Numbered from the whole stretch's first letter, positions 36,020 through 50,088 are shown. The stretch: 62,838 nucleotides of DNA, filler included, from Chiloscyllium plagiosum (GCF_004010195.1; 3 parts of one record of this genome joined end to end with filler, not necessarily neighbours in it); one strand, 5' to 3'. Numbers and translations are program-made. Notes: generated by a model from the sequence alone, not told the origin.

Positions 36020-36180
36020 TCATTCATGGGATGAGGGGATCGTTGGCAAGGCGAGCATTTATTGCCCATTTCTAATTGCACAGGAGACAATTAAGAGAGA
36101 ACTATATTGCTGTGGATTTGGAGTTACATGAAGGTGAGACCAGATGAAGAAGACTGTTTCCTTCCCTAATGGGCACTCAT
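36020..36180 (-). mobile_element. SINE remnant made of the head domain plus tail of the 31085 LINE (related pieces at 41745-41800, 49690-49850, 50490-50710)
   Basis: The reverse complement gives agggaaggaaac...catgtaactcca joined to gcaattag..gggcaataaatgc. Confidence 0.7.
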
Positions 36181-38089
36181 GTATCAAAATTCCTAGGTAA
36201 CCATCCAGCTAATTACCAGGAATCTGTCCAAAGTCTGACTCTGAGTCAAAGTTAAGGACATTTGCACAGAGTCCCAGGGAGGAGGAGAAATGCTCATTGG
36301 ATGTTGAAAGTTCCCAGGCAATTCCCAAGTAGCTCCAGATCTTCCACTGGTTCCACAGGAAAACAGATCTTCACTCGTGCTTTATCCCATCTAATCCCTG
36401 TACAATCAGTGAATGCAGCACAGTTCAAAACTGGGCTTTCTTTTTGGAAATTAGCAATCAAAAAATTTTTTTTATTGTTTTAAAATTTTGATAATATTAG
36501 TATTTGGAGCTGTACACCAATTTGCATGATTGTTAATTGGGTTAATTTTTACTTGATTTAAGCTTAGCAGCAAGCAACGATCAAGTAATTTGATAAGTAA
36601 AACTGATCTTTCATCTCGACTCTTACTGAATAACAGCGAAGGACCCTTATAAAGATATCTGAGTATTCTCAACCTAATACTTAACTGATACATCTCCACA
36701 ATGTGGATTTGCATATAATTAAACACAAACAGGAATATCAACAAAGAGGACAAAGAGATCTGGCATGAGAAATGCAGCAATACACTGGTGCTACATGTGC
36801 GTTACATGTACATGTAACTTCTAATACTGGCATTAAAGCCTACGGCTGGAGATACCCACAGCGGAGGATTTATTCTGCACCTGGTGCACACAATGCCTTG
36901 AAAGAGCTGACAGTGAGAAATAAATTCGAAAAACACATATGCAACACTTGCAAGTCTTACAATGACTGGAAGACATGGTTACAAAATTACAACTGAACAT
37001 ACTACCATCTTAGTATCAGAATTCAATCTTAATTTTTGAAAACAGTTCTGAAACAACCGTTAGAACCTATGTATACAATAGACATTGATTGCTTTTGCTC
37101 CAGCAGCAAATTTCAAAATTTCTATGCTCAAGTCCAAATAATCTACACACACTGAGAGCAAGAGTGGATCCAACAATGTTCATTTTGTTGTTTTTACCAT
37201 TGTCAAATCTTTTTCCTTTTGAGGAAGACTCATTAACTCAAATCTTTTGTTTATCTATATTACTTACCAATAACAATAAAAAGCCACGCTGTTAGCTGAT
37301 TTGTTGAAAACCTTACAGCCATTGGGATCCTTGGTACAGCTAAAGTAACTAGCTTTCAAATATAATAATGGAAAAGTCGTTGCTTAATAATGTTTTACAT
37401 CGCCACTCTCCATTGACACTTCCTATGAAGTCATTTCCTTTCCTTGAAAAATGTTATATTATCAGTCTTGTTACTTCTGTTGTTTTCATTTTAATTCTTT
37501 TCCTTTTTTGGTAAAGCTAGTTTATTTTTGCCGTCTAAAGTAGTGGGCCCTTTAGACAACAGTAGCTATGTGGGTTGTGCTTGGTTGAATTTTGATGAAC
37601 ATCTCAAGGACAGATGTTTATCAATGGCCAACAGATTTGCCTATTTCAGAACTTCCACATGCTTGCCTAAGAAAATTCAATTTGTTCAACTTCTGTGAAT
37701 GAAATTGCTTTGACATTTTTTAAAACAATTATATTTTAAATCACTGTGTCTACAGTTTCATTAAAACATCATGAGGCTCGAGATTAGGTCAGGGCTGCTT
37801 ACAAGACAGATGGGAAGCAAGGAACTAGGTGAACAAAGGACAAACCCAGAGAAGCAAACTAGGTCAGAGCACATGAAAGTGAGTTGGGCGATTAATGTAT
37901 GGAAAACAGTTAAGATTTGTTTGTATTCTGGAAGAGAATTACTCTGATTTTGCCTCTGCTGTTTATTCTTTTGTACAGTTAAAGGTGAACAGAAAGAAAA
38001 CAAACAGAAGCTGTTTTTACCTTTCATAATACAAACAACTCACTTGCATGGTGATTAGCAACTTTTATACAGCAAAGGCTGTTTGCTGC

Positions 38090-38800
38090 AGCCAACTCTC
38101 CTCTACTGGAACCGGATGTCATCAAATACTGTCTGGCTTACAGTGCCCAACACAGCCAAGCACCATCATGCACAACATAAAACTCCTCTTCGTCAATGTC
38201 CTCATCTTCATTCTCCTAAGACTGTTCCCACACTCATAGTTTCTGAAAATCCATTCTCTCCCTTCGTTGCTTGCGGCAGTCAGGCAGAGCAGCATGCCAG
38301 GATATGCGACACATGGAGTATAAATTTATATAGTAGGGCCTCACCAGTTCAGTCCAAAATAGTAGAAACACATCTTCAGCAGCCCCAATGTTCTGTTGCA
38401 CTGCAGCCCAAGTCAAAGCAGAGGCAGCATTGTATCTGTGCTCCTCCTCTTTCAGCGGAGTCTGCAATTGTGTCATCAGACATGGCCATCGTGGGTAAGC
38501 CTTGTCCCCCTAGTGACCAGCCTCATGAAGTATCTGGACCCTCAAACGCACTGGGAATATGAGAAAGTTCCAAGATGTAGGAATCGTGGCAGCTTCAGGA
38601 AGTGGTGATCACAGATCACTTTCACATGAGATGGTACAGAAGCCCTTCTTATTAATGCGAAGTGTGCGCAGTCGATGACACTGAATCCAGCTGTGAAGCT
38701 GCAGCACTAAACTCATCTCAGAGGAATGAAATAAACTGGCGTGGCCTCACACAAATGGTATCGATCACTGTCCTTTATGGATGCATGGCTGAGAGATCCC
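38090..38800 (-). mobile_element. PIF/Harbinger transposase remnant (HARBI1-like)
   Basis: Frameshifted motifs: VIDTICVRPRQFISF, KGF..VICDH, SCHDSYIL, WSLGGQG (WLLGDxGY-like), EEHRYNAASALTWAAVQQNIG and ILACC, followed by an acidic stretch. Confidence 0.75.
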
Positions 38801-39829
38801 ACGCAGATTATTCACCACTCTGTGGAAGGACCCAGTCATATTGACGTTGAAAGCAGCTATCACCTTCCGGGCCCCTGGGAAAGGATGGTCCTTCCATTCC
38901 TTCAAGTCACGGTGCCCTGGTACATACACAGCCTGTGTCAACACTGTAACTCGCACATCAGCTCCTCCTTCATCTTCCTTCACCTTCTTCGCAAGGCAGT
39001 CTCTGCGATGATTACACTTACTTTGGCAGCATCCATCACTCACATTTACAATAAATCTGTGTTAGAAACAGAATTGAGAAGAGTCAGTTACATTATAGAT
39101 GTTAACTGGACGCATCCCTCCGTATAATAGGTCCTGATAAGAAATACCATTGATTGAATTATCATGGAATTCTGAGATTAGCACTTACTGTGAAAATTTG
39201 CTGTAATTGTCATGTGGCAAATACATAACAATAGCATTGAAATGCTTCCTGTGTATTAAGCGCATCCCCTTGCAGCCGCATGTCACCCCTGAAAGTTACC
39301 AGTGAATGTAAGAGAATATTGCATTACACAGTTCAATTAGAGAGGGATTCTGCTTGATTCCCCCATGCATTCCTAGATGTCTAACAAGAACTGTGTTCAT
39401 TGTGGCCCACAGCCACCTCTTTAAATGCTCTTACTTCTGCTTCATGGAGTTATCTTTGTGCAATTTGTAAGGACATAGTGGACATTGCCTGTGAGCAACA
39501 TTTGAATCCCAAACATTTCCACACTATATAAATTTAACCTGCACAATGATATATTCACAAATGATATGACTCTGCAAGTCTGTGATTGATGCCTTTGCCT
39601 CATCAATCTCCCAACAAGCTGAAGTAGAGCCCATACTCTTCCAGTTGCAGGTCCCATCTGCCAACTGGAAAATCCTGGCATGCTGGTCATGTGATACTGC
39701 CTGATCTAGGCTCCACCTGGTCATCAGGCACTTCCCCAGAGCTTCCAGATTCTATTCTATCTTGATTTCCATGACAGCCCATCTCCATTGAACCCCCATA
39801 TGCTGACACCCACCACATCATACTATTAA

Positions 39830-40142
39830 TGGGCGGCACGGTGGCACAGTGGTTAGCACTGCTGCCTCACAGCGCCAGAGACCCGGGTTCAATTCCCGAC
39901 TCAGGCGACTGACTGTGTGGAGTTTGCACATTCTCCCCGTGTCTGCGTGGGTTTCCTCCGGGTGCTCCGGTTTCCTCCCACAGTCCAAAGATGTGCAGGT
40001 CAGGTGAATTGGCCATACTAAATTGCCCGTAGTGTTAGGTAAGGGGTAAATGTAGGGGTATGGGTGGGTTGCGCTTCGGTGGTTCGGTGTGGACTTGTTG
40101 GGCCGAAGGGCCTATTTCCACACTGTAATGTAATCTAATCTA
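39830..40142 (+). mobile_element. HE1/V-SINE-type SINE, full length and well preserved
   Basis: GGCGGCACGGTGGCACAGTGGTTAGCACTGCTGCCTCACAGCGCC, B box GGTTCAATTCC, V-domain core and a taatctaatcta tail. Confidence 0.95.
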
Positions 40143-43100
40143 TTCCAATTTTCCTCTTTGCTCCTGACTCTGGCACCACAGTTTTGTAATGCCCACTGAT
40201 GTGCTCCACTGTCCTCGAACAGAGACCATGGCGTTGGTAACTGCATATGCATTCCTCTGATGCAGTATCTCATACTTTTTCTACCAGTTCCACCCACTGC
40301 ACGTCGAGCTTTCCCCCATCGCTGTTCTTGTCCTTTCCTTAATCCAGGGTTCTGTCTCCTCTCCCGTGCTTGAATCCATCCAGCGAATTATCACAGTGCA
40401 TCCCTTTTAAACTCCAGATCCATCCCCATATCACTGTTCAATTTGCAGACTGTCAGAATCCATGAATCCCCTAAATGTTTGTACTGGACCAACAAAGCCG
40501 ACCATGGCCCACTCCCCATTCTGTAGTGAGATGTAACCCCTGACCATGACTGCCCCAAGTGAATTTTTGATCATGCCCAAGGCTCTGGACTGTGTGCGGA
40601 CACTGCCCTTGATTGGCTGGACTGAGAACCCTGACTGACAGCACTATTTGGCTCAAATGGAGGCAACTTTCCAACAGACTTTCAGATGTGGATATGTGGT
40701 TGCAGCACAGGCAGCCTAGTCCAATCAGTGAGTTGGGGCCTGTCCCTTCAGCAACATGCTCTTGCAGTAACACTGCAATGGTAGTTGTCAACACACTTCA
40801 AAGTACGGCACTGAAGCTCAAAAGCATTGTGCAAGTGCATCATAAATGTGCCATGATGGCCCAGAGAGGCTGGCACATGTCCGATGCCAGAGTCTGTGGA
40901 TGTGGGTCAAAGGATATTCAGAAACTGAAACTTTGTTGCTAGGTAACAAACATGGTGGTCTGGAGGAGCAAGCATCGAGCAAGAATCACCAGTGAAACAG
41001 CTCTGACTCCTGTGTCAAGAATTTGCAGTATCCAATTTCTATCCAACCCATGGTGGAATAGATGGCTGCATACTAATGAGGTGAGATTTGCAGTTACAGA
41101 CGGTGACAAGAAGCAATAATCCCTATGAATAAGTCACCCGCCACTCCCATGCGAAATCTCATGTCTGGGACTCTGTTGGAAAATGTACTTGCTCCTAACG
41201 TCAAAAAAAAAGGCCCTCACTGATGTTCTTAGGTAATCCTTCCAGATTTAATAACATAATTCACGTAATTCACGGCTCTATAGGGTTTTGCCCAGTGTGC
41301 TCAGGTAAGGACACAGGAGATGTTTTTCATGCAGCGTTGTCTGCCCCAAACATGCCTGCCAAATAGCTTGCCCCTATATTTGTGCTGACATACCCGAAAT
41401 GTTCATATAAGCTTATACTGCACAGTCCTGGCAGAGGAGAAACATGTCACTAAATGCTGACTGTGTGTGTCATGCTGCAGCGTTGGGTAAATGACTTCCC
41501 CTTGTCAGGCAAACAGCTGAGACAGACTGGGCTGCAGGATGGCAATTACGTAACATTTCCAATTTACTCTCTTTGCAGAACTTGGAAAATAATAAATGGC
41601 AGCAAAGCAAGATTGGATGCGAACTTTGTTTGAATTGGCCACCTCAAACACAAGAGTATTAAGAGAAGGTTGAGGGTGGAGGCATCAATGCTTTAATTAA
41701 TAAAAAATCTAAAACCAAAATTGTTGGAATTTTTTTAATGCAGTCACAGGATGTGGGCATCGATGGCTAGGCCAGCAATTATTGCCCATCCTTAACTGTC
41801 CAGACAGCTGTACCGAGTGCTAAAAGTTACGAGATGAAACTTCTATCATTTCTAAGCCAAACACTTCACAAAATTGGCAAGTATCTGTTTGAATGCATGA
41901 AATACGTGGACAGAATTTGTGTCTAACTTGTGAGACTGTGACCTGTGGTTTTCGACAATGGCCTTGTCTGTGATGTGAAATTGACCATTGTACTGTGATT
42001 TTTTCGCCACTACATTCTGCCAAGCTACCCTTAGGCAATTTATTTAATATTGGTCAATTTGTAACATATGGAATACAGCAAGCAGTGTACTGACCCATTT
42101 TCCACTGGAGAAAACATCATTGCCAACAGTTTAAAAAAAAGGTTTTGGAATTCTTCAAAGTCCAGGAAATTAATGATGGTAATCAATGGATAATCTGGAG
42201 CATTCCACAAATCCCCATACTGCCTCTGAACCAAAAGCATTCTTGACAGTCAGTAACCAGCAATACACAGTCATGCTCACTTCCCAGGCAACCGTTGCAA
42301 TTTCCTCATTCTAAGACTGTTTTCTGAGCCATATTTACTTAAGAAAAATCTAAGCTGGAAGGGTGATTTCCAGGAGACGTAAGTTACATTTTCAGTTCAT
42401 CAAATCCTTATAACAGCCAGGACTGCAGGCAGAATGAAAATGCAATGTCCTAGCATGATTGAACTTATAAAACCAAATACAGTTGGAAACCTAAAAAAAA
42501 ACAGAAAATTCTGAAGGTTATTAACTTTAAACATTAACTCTGTTTCTTTCTCCACAGATGCTGCCAGACTTACATTTCCAGCATTTTCAATTTTATTCAA
42601 TTTCTGAGCACGTCCTTTGAGATACCTTGACAGGAGAACTTGTGTTAATATTTTATTCGGCAACATCAAAGGAAAACTGTAGAGAAGTTACAAATAGAAT
42701 GCAATTATAATTAATACCTTCAAGTGAACAATGCATATGATCTTACTATTTACACGTATTTGACTTTGATAATATCCCTTGATGACCATATGTGCTATCT
42801 ATTCTTCAAGAAACAATTCTCATGTCACTTACAGATGCTTCACCAGTACAAGTGGTTGGTGACATGGAAAGTTGCTGGGTGTCAGTGATTGAGTGGAAAC
42901 ATACACACTGATAGATGTCTATTCAATCTGCATTCCTTTATTAGGCTGAATATTAAAAACAGCCATCAAAAAGATGGTGTACTCATTTATTATATGAATC
43001 CCTTTTAGTATTTCTGTGTGCCACTGAAAGTCCTAATTTGCAACTTGGATGCATGCTTTCTACACTATAGGTATACGTGACAAACAGTGGAAGAATTGCG

Positions 43101-44379
43101 TGCTTGTCAGTTTGTGTGGCATTGCTAGGTTAGCAGTAAATATACATTGGGTTTACAGACAACACTCAGCGGAGTGTAGACCCGGGTCATTTACCTGCTA
43201 TTTGGAAACTTTACCTTGGAAAATATTTAAAGTCGGATATCTTTTCTAATCTGTTTCCAGTTCTTTGGGGTAATTTGCAATGTACTGAGATCATGTTTTT
43301 CTCTCTCCTCTCTGAGAACAGCTTAGGAGTTCCAGAAGGATGAATCCTTATCAGCTACACCTCATCCTGCAGAACTTTGACTTCATCTTCCATTAATCAA
43401 TTCTGTAGGAGCGGCCATAGATGCGATTGCTACTTTTCACCCATTGGCTTTTGCCTTCTTCAGCTTCCCTCTGCTTTGTGCTTTATTTACATTGTTTGAT
43501 GGCACTAAACTATTGTCCCCTTGACAGTGGCCATGCTGAATGGAATTTGCCCCTTTTCCACCCTTTGAGCAAGAACTTGAAGTGCAAATGTCATCAATGT
43601 CCCCAAATACCAGCCCTAGAATATCTGGACATGAACATCTGCCGCAGGCTTCTCTTTATGATCACTGTTTCCTGCAATACACTGTGAATCTTGTGGCACA
43701 TTAGTAAATTGTTGGGCTTTTGGAGTCTTGAAAAATAGCTAAAGACACCAGTGGTCCCTATTAAGATCAAAAACATTTTAATCCTTTTAAGTACTAATCT
43801 GGTTTATAAAGAAACAAGAAACCAAATAAAATGCGTAGTCTGCTGTTGCAGCTTCTTACAAGTGTCATTTTTGTATTAATAGACCAGCGATTGAGCTGAA
43901 ACTGGTACAGCTTTTGAAAGCTTCTGATTTTCTCAGCACTAGAGACAAACAGCAAGCAGCTATCCTGAAAGTGGTATTTTACATTGAGACAGGAATCATG
44001 AACGGCTTCATAGTAAAGGAGCTCCTCGATAGCGGTGAACTATCTGAACTATCATTCAACTCTACTCAAGTGGTTTCACTCCATGTGAATTCCTTACAGG
44101 AAGAAGACTGGGAACTCAACTCCAACCCTCCCCCCCCACCACACACAAGATGTGAGTGCAAACTGAGAATTCAGACAAAGTGAGGGAGAAAGAGTTTATC
44201 ATTCCAGTGAGATGAGGAACTATGACAGATGTCACAAAGCACACATCCATCCAGACCCATAACCAGGAGATTTGATATCCCCAAGCTCATTATGGACAAA
44301 CAGTAGAAAATGTATGACAGAGTTCTATCACATTCAAACCATAAATATCATGGTGCAATAAACACAAGTGCATTCATTG

Positions 44380-44900
44380 CTAGCCAGCAGCAACTTCTAA
44401 ACACACAAAACAATCGTCATTACCGTCTAACCAACTGGAGTGCTACATTCACTGAGAGATTCACCTTGTCGAACTGGAGTCACCTATCCATTCTCTGGCT
44501 GCCCTACAAATTTCAAGAGACCACACAGAGGACTTTAATTTGCAATCTTCCCCAAAGGAGCTGAGAACATATTTGATCGAGCAGTGAAACCACTTTAATA
44601 GTTTGACCACAAATTCCTTTTATAGAGACAAGACTTTTGGGGAGATGTAACATTATAGGTAAAATCAGAGACTGAGGAAGTAGAAGGGGTTAAGTCTGAA
44701 TGCGTGGTATGCTAATGAAATACATTATCATCACAGGAAGTGATGCAACTTTCTCTCTCTTTCTCTTTCTGTCTTCTGCAACCTAATGGTAAGTTGAAGC
44801 CATCTTGACAGATCCCATAAACATTAAGACAAGGAATATTTTACTAGGTTAATATAGTGGTCAATTTATCTTTGTGGAACAGATTATGGTGACAAATTAC
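44380..44900 (+). mobile_element. Possible 3' end of an old LTR element (polypurine tract plus TG-starting LTR)
   Basis: ggggaga followed directly by TGTAACA at ~44639-44652. The upstream sequence only weakly resembles an integrase C-terminus. Confidence 0.3.
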
Positions 44901-45999
44901 TAAATTAAATGTACATCTACATCTCAATACAACACTTAATAATAACATTTGAAGGTGTCAAAACCTTTACACTTACATTTCAGAATGTTCCTGACTCCTC
45001 AGCGATAGTCATGAACTCTCCAAGATCACAACAACATGTGAAAATAGTATGCAGGGAAAAATACAACATTCCTGTCATCCTTACAACCTCAACAGAGATG
45101 CATGGCATGTGCTTTTTGCACCTAGGCCTTCCCTATCTGCAAAAAGGACATATACAAATAGTGAGGGGTATTTGAAGGCAGAGGAAAGTTGTGTTTTTCA
45201 GTAAGAAAACAAGATCAACACTTTGCAACATGATTCACACCTTCAGTGGGACATAAAAATCTGGGCCGAGGCCTATCCTTGTGGTTGCATTCAGACCTTT
45301 ATGAAGCAGATGGCATATCTCTGCATGTGCTTTGTTGCTGAACCCAAGCCTGTGGAGATGGTGCTCTTCAGTCATTGCCGATCCGTTATTTAACCAGGCC
45401 TGTAAATTTGATGGATTGCACTGTGCCAGGTTCAAATGTCATAAATCTGGATCCATCTGATAACCATGGAAGATTTTCTTTGCTACAGCTTGTTTCTTTA
45501 AGTGACAAGAAATCATTGGACTCAATCTTTGTTACTCTAGAGCTTTCTGACAGAATAAATAGATTGAAACTTCTGCAGTTAGCTTCGTTTTTCTGGCATG
45601 TGAGAAGATGCTTGAACTACAGCCTTCACTCCATACCTTAGTGACTATACGCAAAATTTAAAAATGGCTATTTTATGTGCTTGAAAGAAGAAATTTTTAA
45701 ACATCAACAAAAGGTATTTTAATGCCAAAGAGAACCTTAGTAATGGCTTAAACACTTCAAACTGCAAGCTGACGAACAGGAATATAGAGGCACATTTAAT
45801 AGATATTTATTTGCGAGACAAAGGCAGCTGGTAACCAAGGACAAATCTTTGGTTGCCATGGAATCAGCTGTACAAAGTGGTACAGCCTTGAGTTAAGACC
45901 CCATTAAAATCCAACAAATGCATTATGAGGTAACCCCATTAAACTTTGAACCAAACGTGAATCGCAAAGGGAATGGATTATTTTCTTTTATTGTTTCAT

Positions 46000-46355
46000 T
46001 AGATCTGGACATCACTGGCAGGGCTTATATTTGCTGCCCAAACCAAGTTGCCAATCTGTTATTTAAAAATTTACTGATATTTACTAAAAATATATTTAAA
46101 TTTACTAAAAAGTTGACAGACTGCACTGTGGCAGGTTCAGGTGTCATACATCTGGATCCATCTGATAACCATGGAAACCTTTCTTTGCTACAGCTTGATT
46201 TTTGAACTGAATGGTTTGCTAGGCCACTTCAAAAACAGTCAAGAGTTGAGCACATTGTATGGGTCTGGAGTCATGTGTAGGGCAGAACAGGTAAGGATGA
46301 AGGGTTTCCTTCCCCGGAGTACATTAACAAATCAGATGGTTGTTACAACAACAAT
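46000..46355 (-). mobile_element. SINE copy interrupted by a templated insertion (~46053-46200)
   Basis: Tail half ggacatcactggcagg...gttgcc. Head half ttgaactgaatggtttgctaggccac...gggtctggagtcatgtgtagg...tttccttccc. Confidence 0.75.
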
Positions 46356-46689
46356 GACCAAGACAGGATTATGACATGTCAAAGTCAAAAGTCATGTCAA
46401 GGTCATAAAGCCTCATAGCATTATCAAATAAAAGTAAATTATTCTATCGAAAAGGATAGTGTGGTCAGAAATATCATAGCTTAACATTTGCAGTTGAAGG
46501 TACAATAGAAAACTAATAATCGAATAAAAACCTACATCTTACAATAAGTCTATTTGCATCATGAAATGCTTTCATATGAAAGTTCTTTGAATTCTTCATT
46601 AACATATATGAAAGGTTTTAATCTACACTAACAAACTATTACACTCACCAATACTTTCTAATTGGAAGCTGGTATTTGAACTGTATAAA

Positions 46690-49052
46690 ATTTATTTTTT
46701 TTGTGACTTTCATCAGCAAAGTGACTGAAGAGGTCCACATGATGAGCCACCAAGTGTATCACATCTTTGCACATTTTGTTTAATGCAGACAGCTTTGCTT
46801 GCAGCTTTGCAGTCTACAGTTCATTCTGAATGTTTTGCATCTGTGAAAATGATCTTTCTCCTGAGCAGTTTGCTACCATTAGACTCAAAAAGAGCCTTAA
46901 AAATTGATTTAATATTGATGAAAGCCAACTGAATCCTAACTTAGAGCATAACTTGCTCCAGATTCTAGTGGTATAAATGTCTTCCAGCTGAATTAGATTC
47001 CTTGATATAAACTTTGAAGTGCCTAACTTCTCCAACAAGGTTAACATTAAGAGTGTCAGGATAACCTTTCATTAGAAGCTTTACACCTTCACACGGCCCT
47101 TTTATCTGAGGCCTTTAAATCAATTAAAAATGAAAAATTGTTGCAATATATTCATTTTTGATTCTCTTTTATAGAGTCAGAGTTGTACAGCACAGAAACA
47201 GACCTGTGGTCCAACCTATCTATGCCAAACAGATATCCTAAACTGAGCTAGTTCCATTTGCCAGCATTTGGCCTATATTTCTCGAAACTCTTCATATTCA
47301 TGGACCCATCTAGATGCCTTTTAAATATATAATTGCATCCGCCTCCACCACCTCCTCTGGCAGCTTGTCCATACAGCCACCACCCTCCGTGTGAAAAAGT
47401 TGCCCTTAATATTCTTTCCCTCTCACATTAAACCTATGCCCTCTAATCTTAGACTCCCCTACCCTGGGAAAAACACCTTGCCTGTTCACCCTATCCATGC
47501 CCCTCATGATTTTAAAGACCTCCGATGCCCCAGGGAAAATAGCCCCAGCCTATTCAGACTCTCCGACAGCTCAAACCTGGCAACACCCTTATAAATCTTT
47601 TCTGAACTCTTTCCATTAAGTTAATTTCGCTTATTTGTGTGTTTTAATGCTACATGATGATTTTGGTTCCAAACTAGACAAGCCAAAGAGAAGACAAAAT
47701 CAAGGACAATCTTCAAATGTATCTTCAAAGCAGCACTACTTAATTGCACCCTAAATACTATCAAACATGATAATCTTATAACAGACCCTGACTTACTGTT
47801 ATATTAAGTAATGGCTAAGCTATCTTCTCTGAATGTGCATGTCTATGTGCTCTCTCAGTGTCAAGCATTCCAATATGCTCCTTGCTGTATTCTTTCCAGA
47901 CTCTTCCTAACTATTCTAATTCTGCTCACGCTATGATATTTATATTCACTGTTATGCAGCTCTGGGACATCTCAGTGAGATTACTGCAGGATTCAAATGT
48001 CCTTATGCAACAGTTTCAAATGCATCCAACAAAGAAATAGGGATTTCACTTAAAACTTGTCACTTAAAGAAAGCATTTAATCGGCATTAACTGCATCACC
48101 ATCATTGATTTCTTTTCTTTCCTTCATTCGTGTTTTTTTATCCATACACTTCAGGTATCAGGTGGGTGTTTTTGCTTGGGCTTGAATTTCATTCCAACTT
48201 TCTTTGGTTTATTTCAAGAGAGAATGTGGCATGGAAATCTTTGCTCATACACTAAAGGTTTTCAGTCCATGCTGCAGGACTTTGATGGTTTTATGCAATT
48301 GATCTAACAAATGATCCAGAGGCTCTAACATCAACACAAACTCAAACTTCTCAATTTCTCCTGAAGGATGCCAGCTTCTCCCACTATATTAGCTGCATTA
48401 CCATCATCAGTATGAGGCTGAGTAAAAGCATCAATAATTGACCATATCTTTCAGCTATGCCTGAAGTAGTCTTTGCATACACTTAACAAATAGTGTCAGA
48501 GAGATTTTGGTACAGTGGGATCAGGACCCATTACTGAGCTGAGAACTGTTCAGTGTTTTATACAGGCAGAGAAGGAACAGTATACTGGTTGCACAACAGC
48601 TGAAAACATTGCTACATCTTTGAATGAAATAGACCCTTTGAACAATATCCAGTTTGCATTTTGAATGACAGTTTTGATATTTCAAATGGACCTTTCCAAT
48701 ATGATCACTCTGAGGGAACTATGATCGTTCTGCGTCAATGGTAAGATATCAGCCACAGTCAAGACACCTCAGAGACCAACATTAACTTGGTTTAATGATT
48801 TCCTTCAGCTATTATTTCAGGTTCTGTAACATTCCCAGATGTAGTAGTCACTTTCACATCCATATTATTATCTATCATTGTCCAAGAGGTGGATACCAGT
48901 GATTGCTGTGGACCTGGCTGACTCTCTTCAGTGCAAAGTCTCACTTTTATTACAGCAAATAATTGACAACTTTCAGTCATTCTTTCAGCTTCCCTTCAAG
49001 CTGCTGCTTCCTTTTTCTCTTCTGGTGTCCACCTTCAAACATTCTCTTCATT
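46690..49052 (-). mobile_element. hAT-superfamily transposase remnant, interrupted by a CR1 3' end at 47172-47612
   Basis: N-terminus MKRMFEGGHQKRKRKQQLE, then DDGNAANIVG (YDNAANMSG-like), and the dimerisation motif LRLFLSLMVANCSGERSFSQMQNIQNEL. Many stops. Confidence 0.8.
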
Positions 49053-50088
49053 TTTAACAGGCCCCTGTATAATACTGAGAATGAATCCAAGAGAAATTCT
49101 TTGAACTCAATCCTTTACATTCACAAGTGGAAGCAAACATGCAATATGAACATTTCTGTCATATGACTGTTTACCTGCTGTCAAGGAGAGAAAGGAATGC
49201 CATTCATGTTTGATTAGTTTCAACAGATAAATTTATCTTTTAAAAGGAAAACGTCTTAAAATTCAACAAAATAGTTTTATATGTACTATTGTCTTCAAAA
49301 AGCTATGTAAGACTTGTTTATTTACTGATTGAAGAGTGTAAATTGATCATGTGACTGACAAGATCCAGGGAAAGGGACTGCACCCTGGAGGGGGTCTTGA
49401 CCCATGTTGTTGTGCTTCAGTCTATTAGTGGGAGTTAGCAGGGGTCTGGGAATCCGAATACTTTATTTGTGAAATGGAGACTGGAAGTGAATCAAAACGT
49501 TTTCATCATTTTTAATATCCAAGTTGGATTATTTTATATAATAACTGTGCAGTCACATTTTTTGTCATATCAAAATGAAAATGTCCCAACCACTTTATTT
49601 CCAACTGATTATGTAAAGAAAAAAATGTAATTTTTCCATTGAAGCCTCAAGCTGTAGCTTACTTAGCTTATGCCTAAATCTGGCACTATTTGATTATGGT
49701 TGTCATGGCCACCATAAACTAGACCAGCTTTCAATATATTAGTTGAATTTAAATTCCACAACTGTTGTTGTGGGATTTGAACCCATTTTCCCAGCCTAGG
49801 CCTCTAGATTACTTGCTCAGTGGCATTACCACCATGCCATCATTGCCCCCCTCAAGACTTGAAGACACCAGTGTTGAGATGTGCATAGCAAAACCATGAA
49901 GAAAGCAAGGATACAAAAAAATACAAGAACTTAATAATACCCAGCTCCTTTACAGCAGTTGGCTGGGACAAACTTGTCTTCATCAAATAGCAAGAAGACA
50001 TCAAAATATTCCACATGATCAGCTGATCGTGACATTTGAAGACTTCAGGACAGATCCAGTTGTGTTTCTGCACTGACGCAATTTGAAT

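Noticed and set aside
39830..39905. tRNA gene-like A/B boxes
   Set aside because: These are SINE heads continuing into a SINE body, not cloverleaf tRNAs. The same applies at 1750-1822 and 31085-31170.
43380..43675. ~70-codon open stretch on the minus strand after an AG (PDILGLVFGDIDDIC...)
   Set aside because: Bounded by stops, no donor site, and no resemblance to TAPT1 or any family I recognise.
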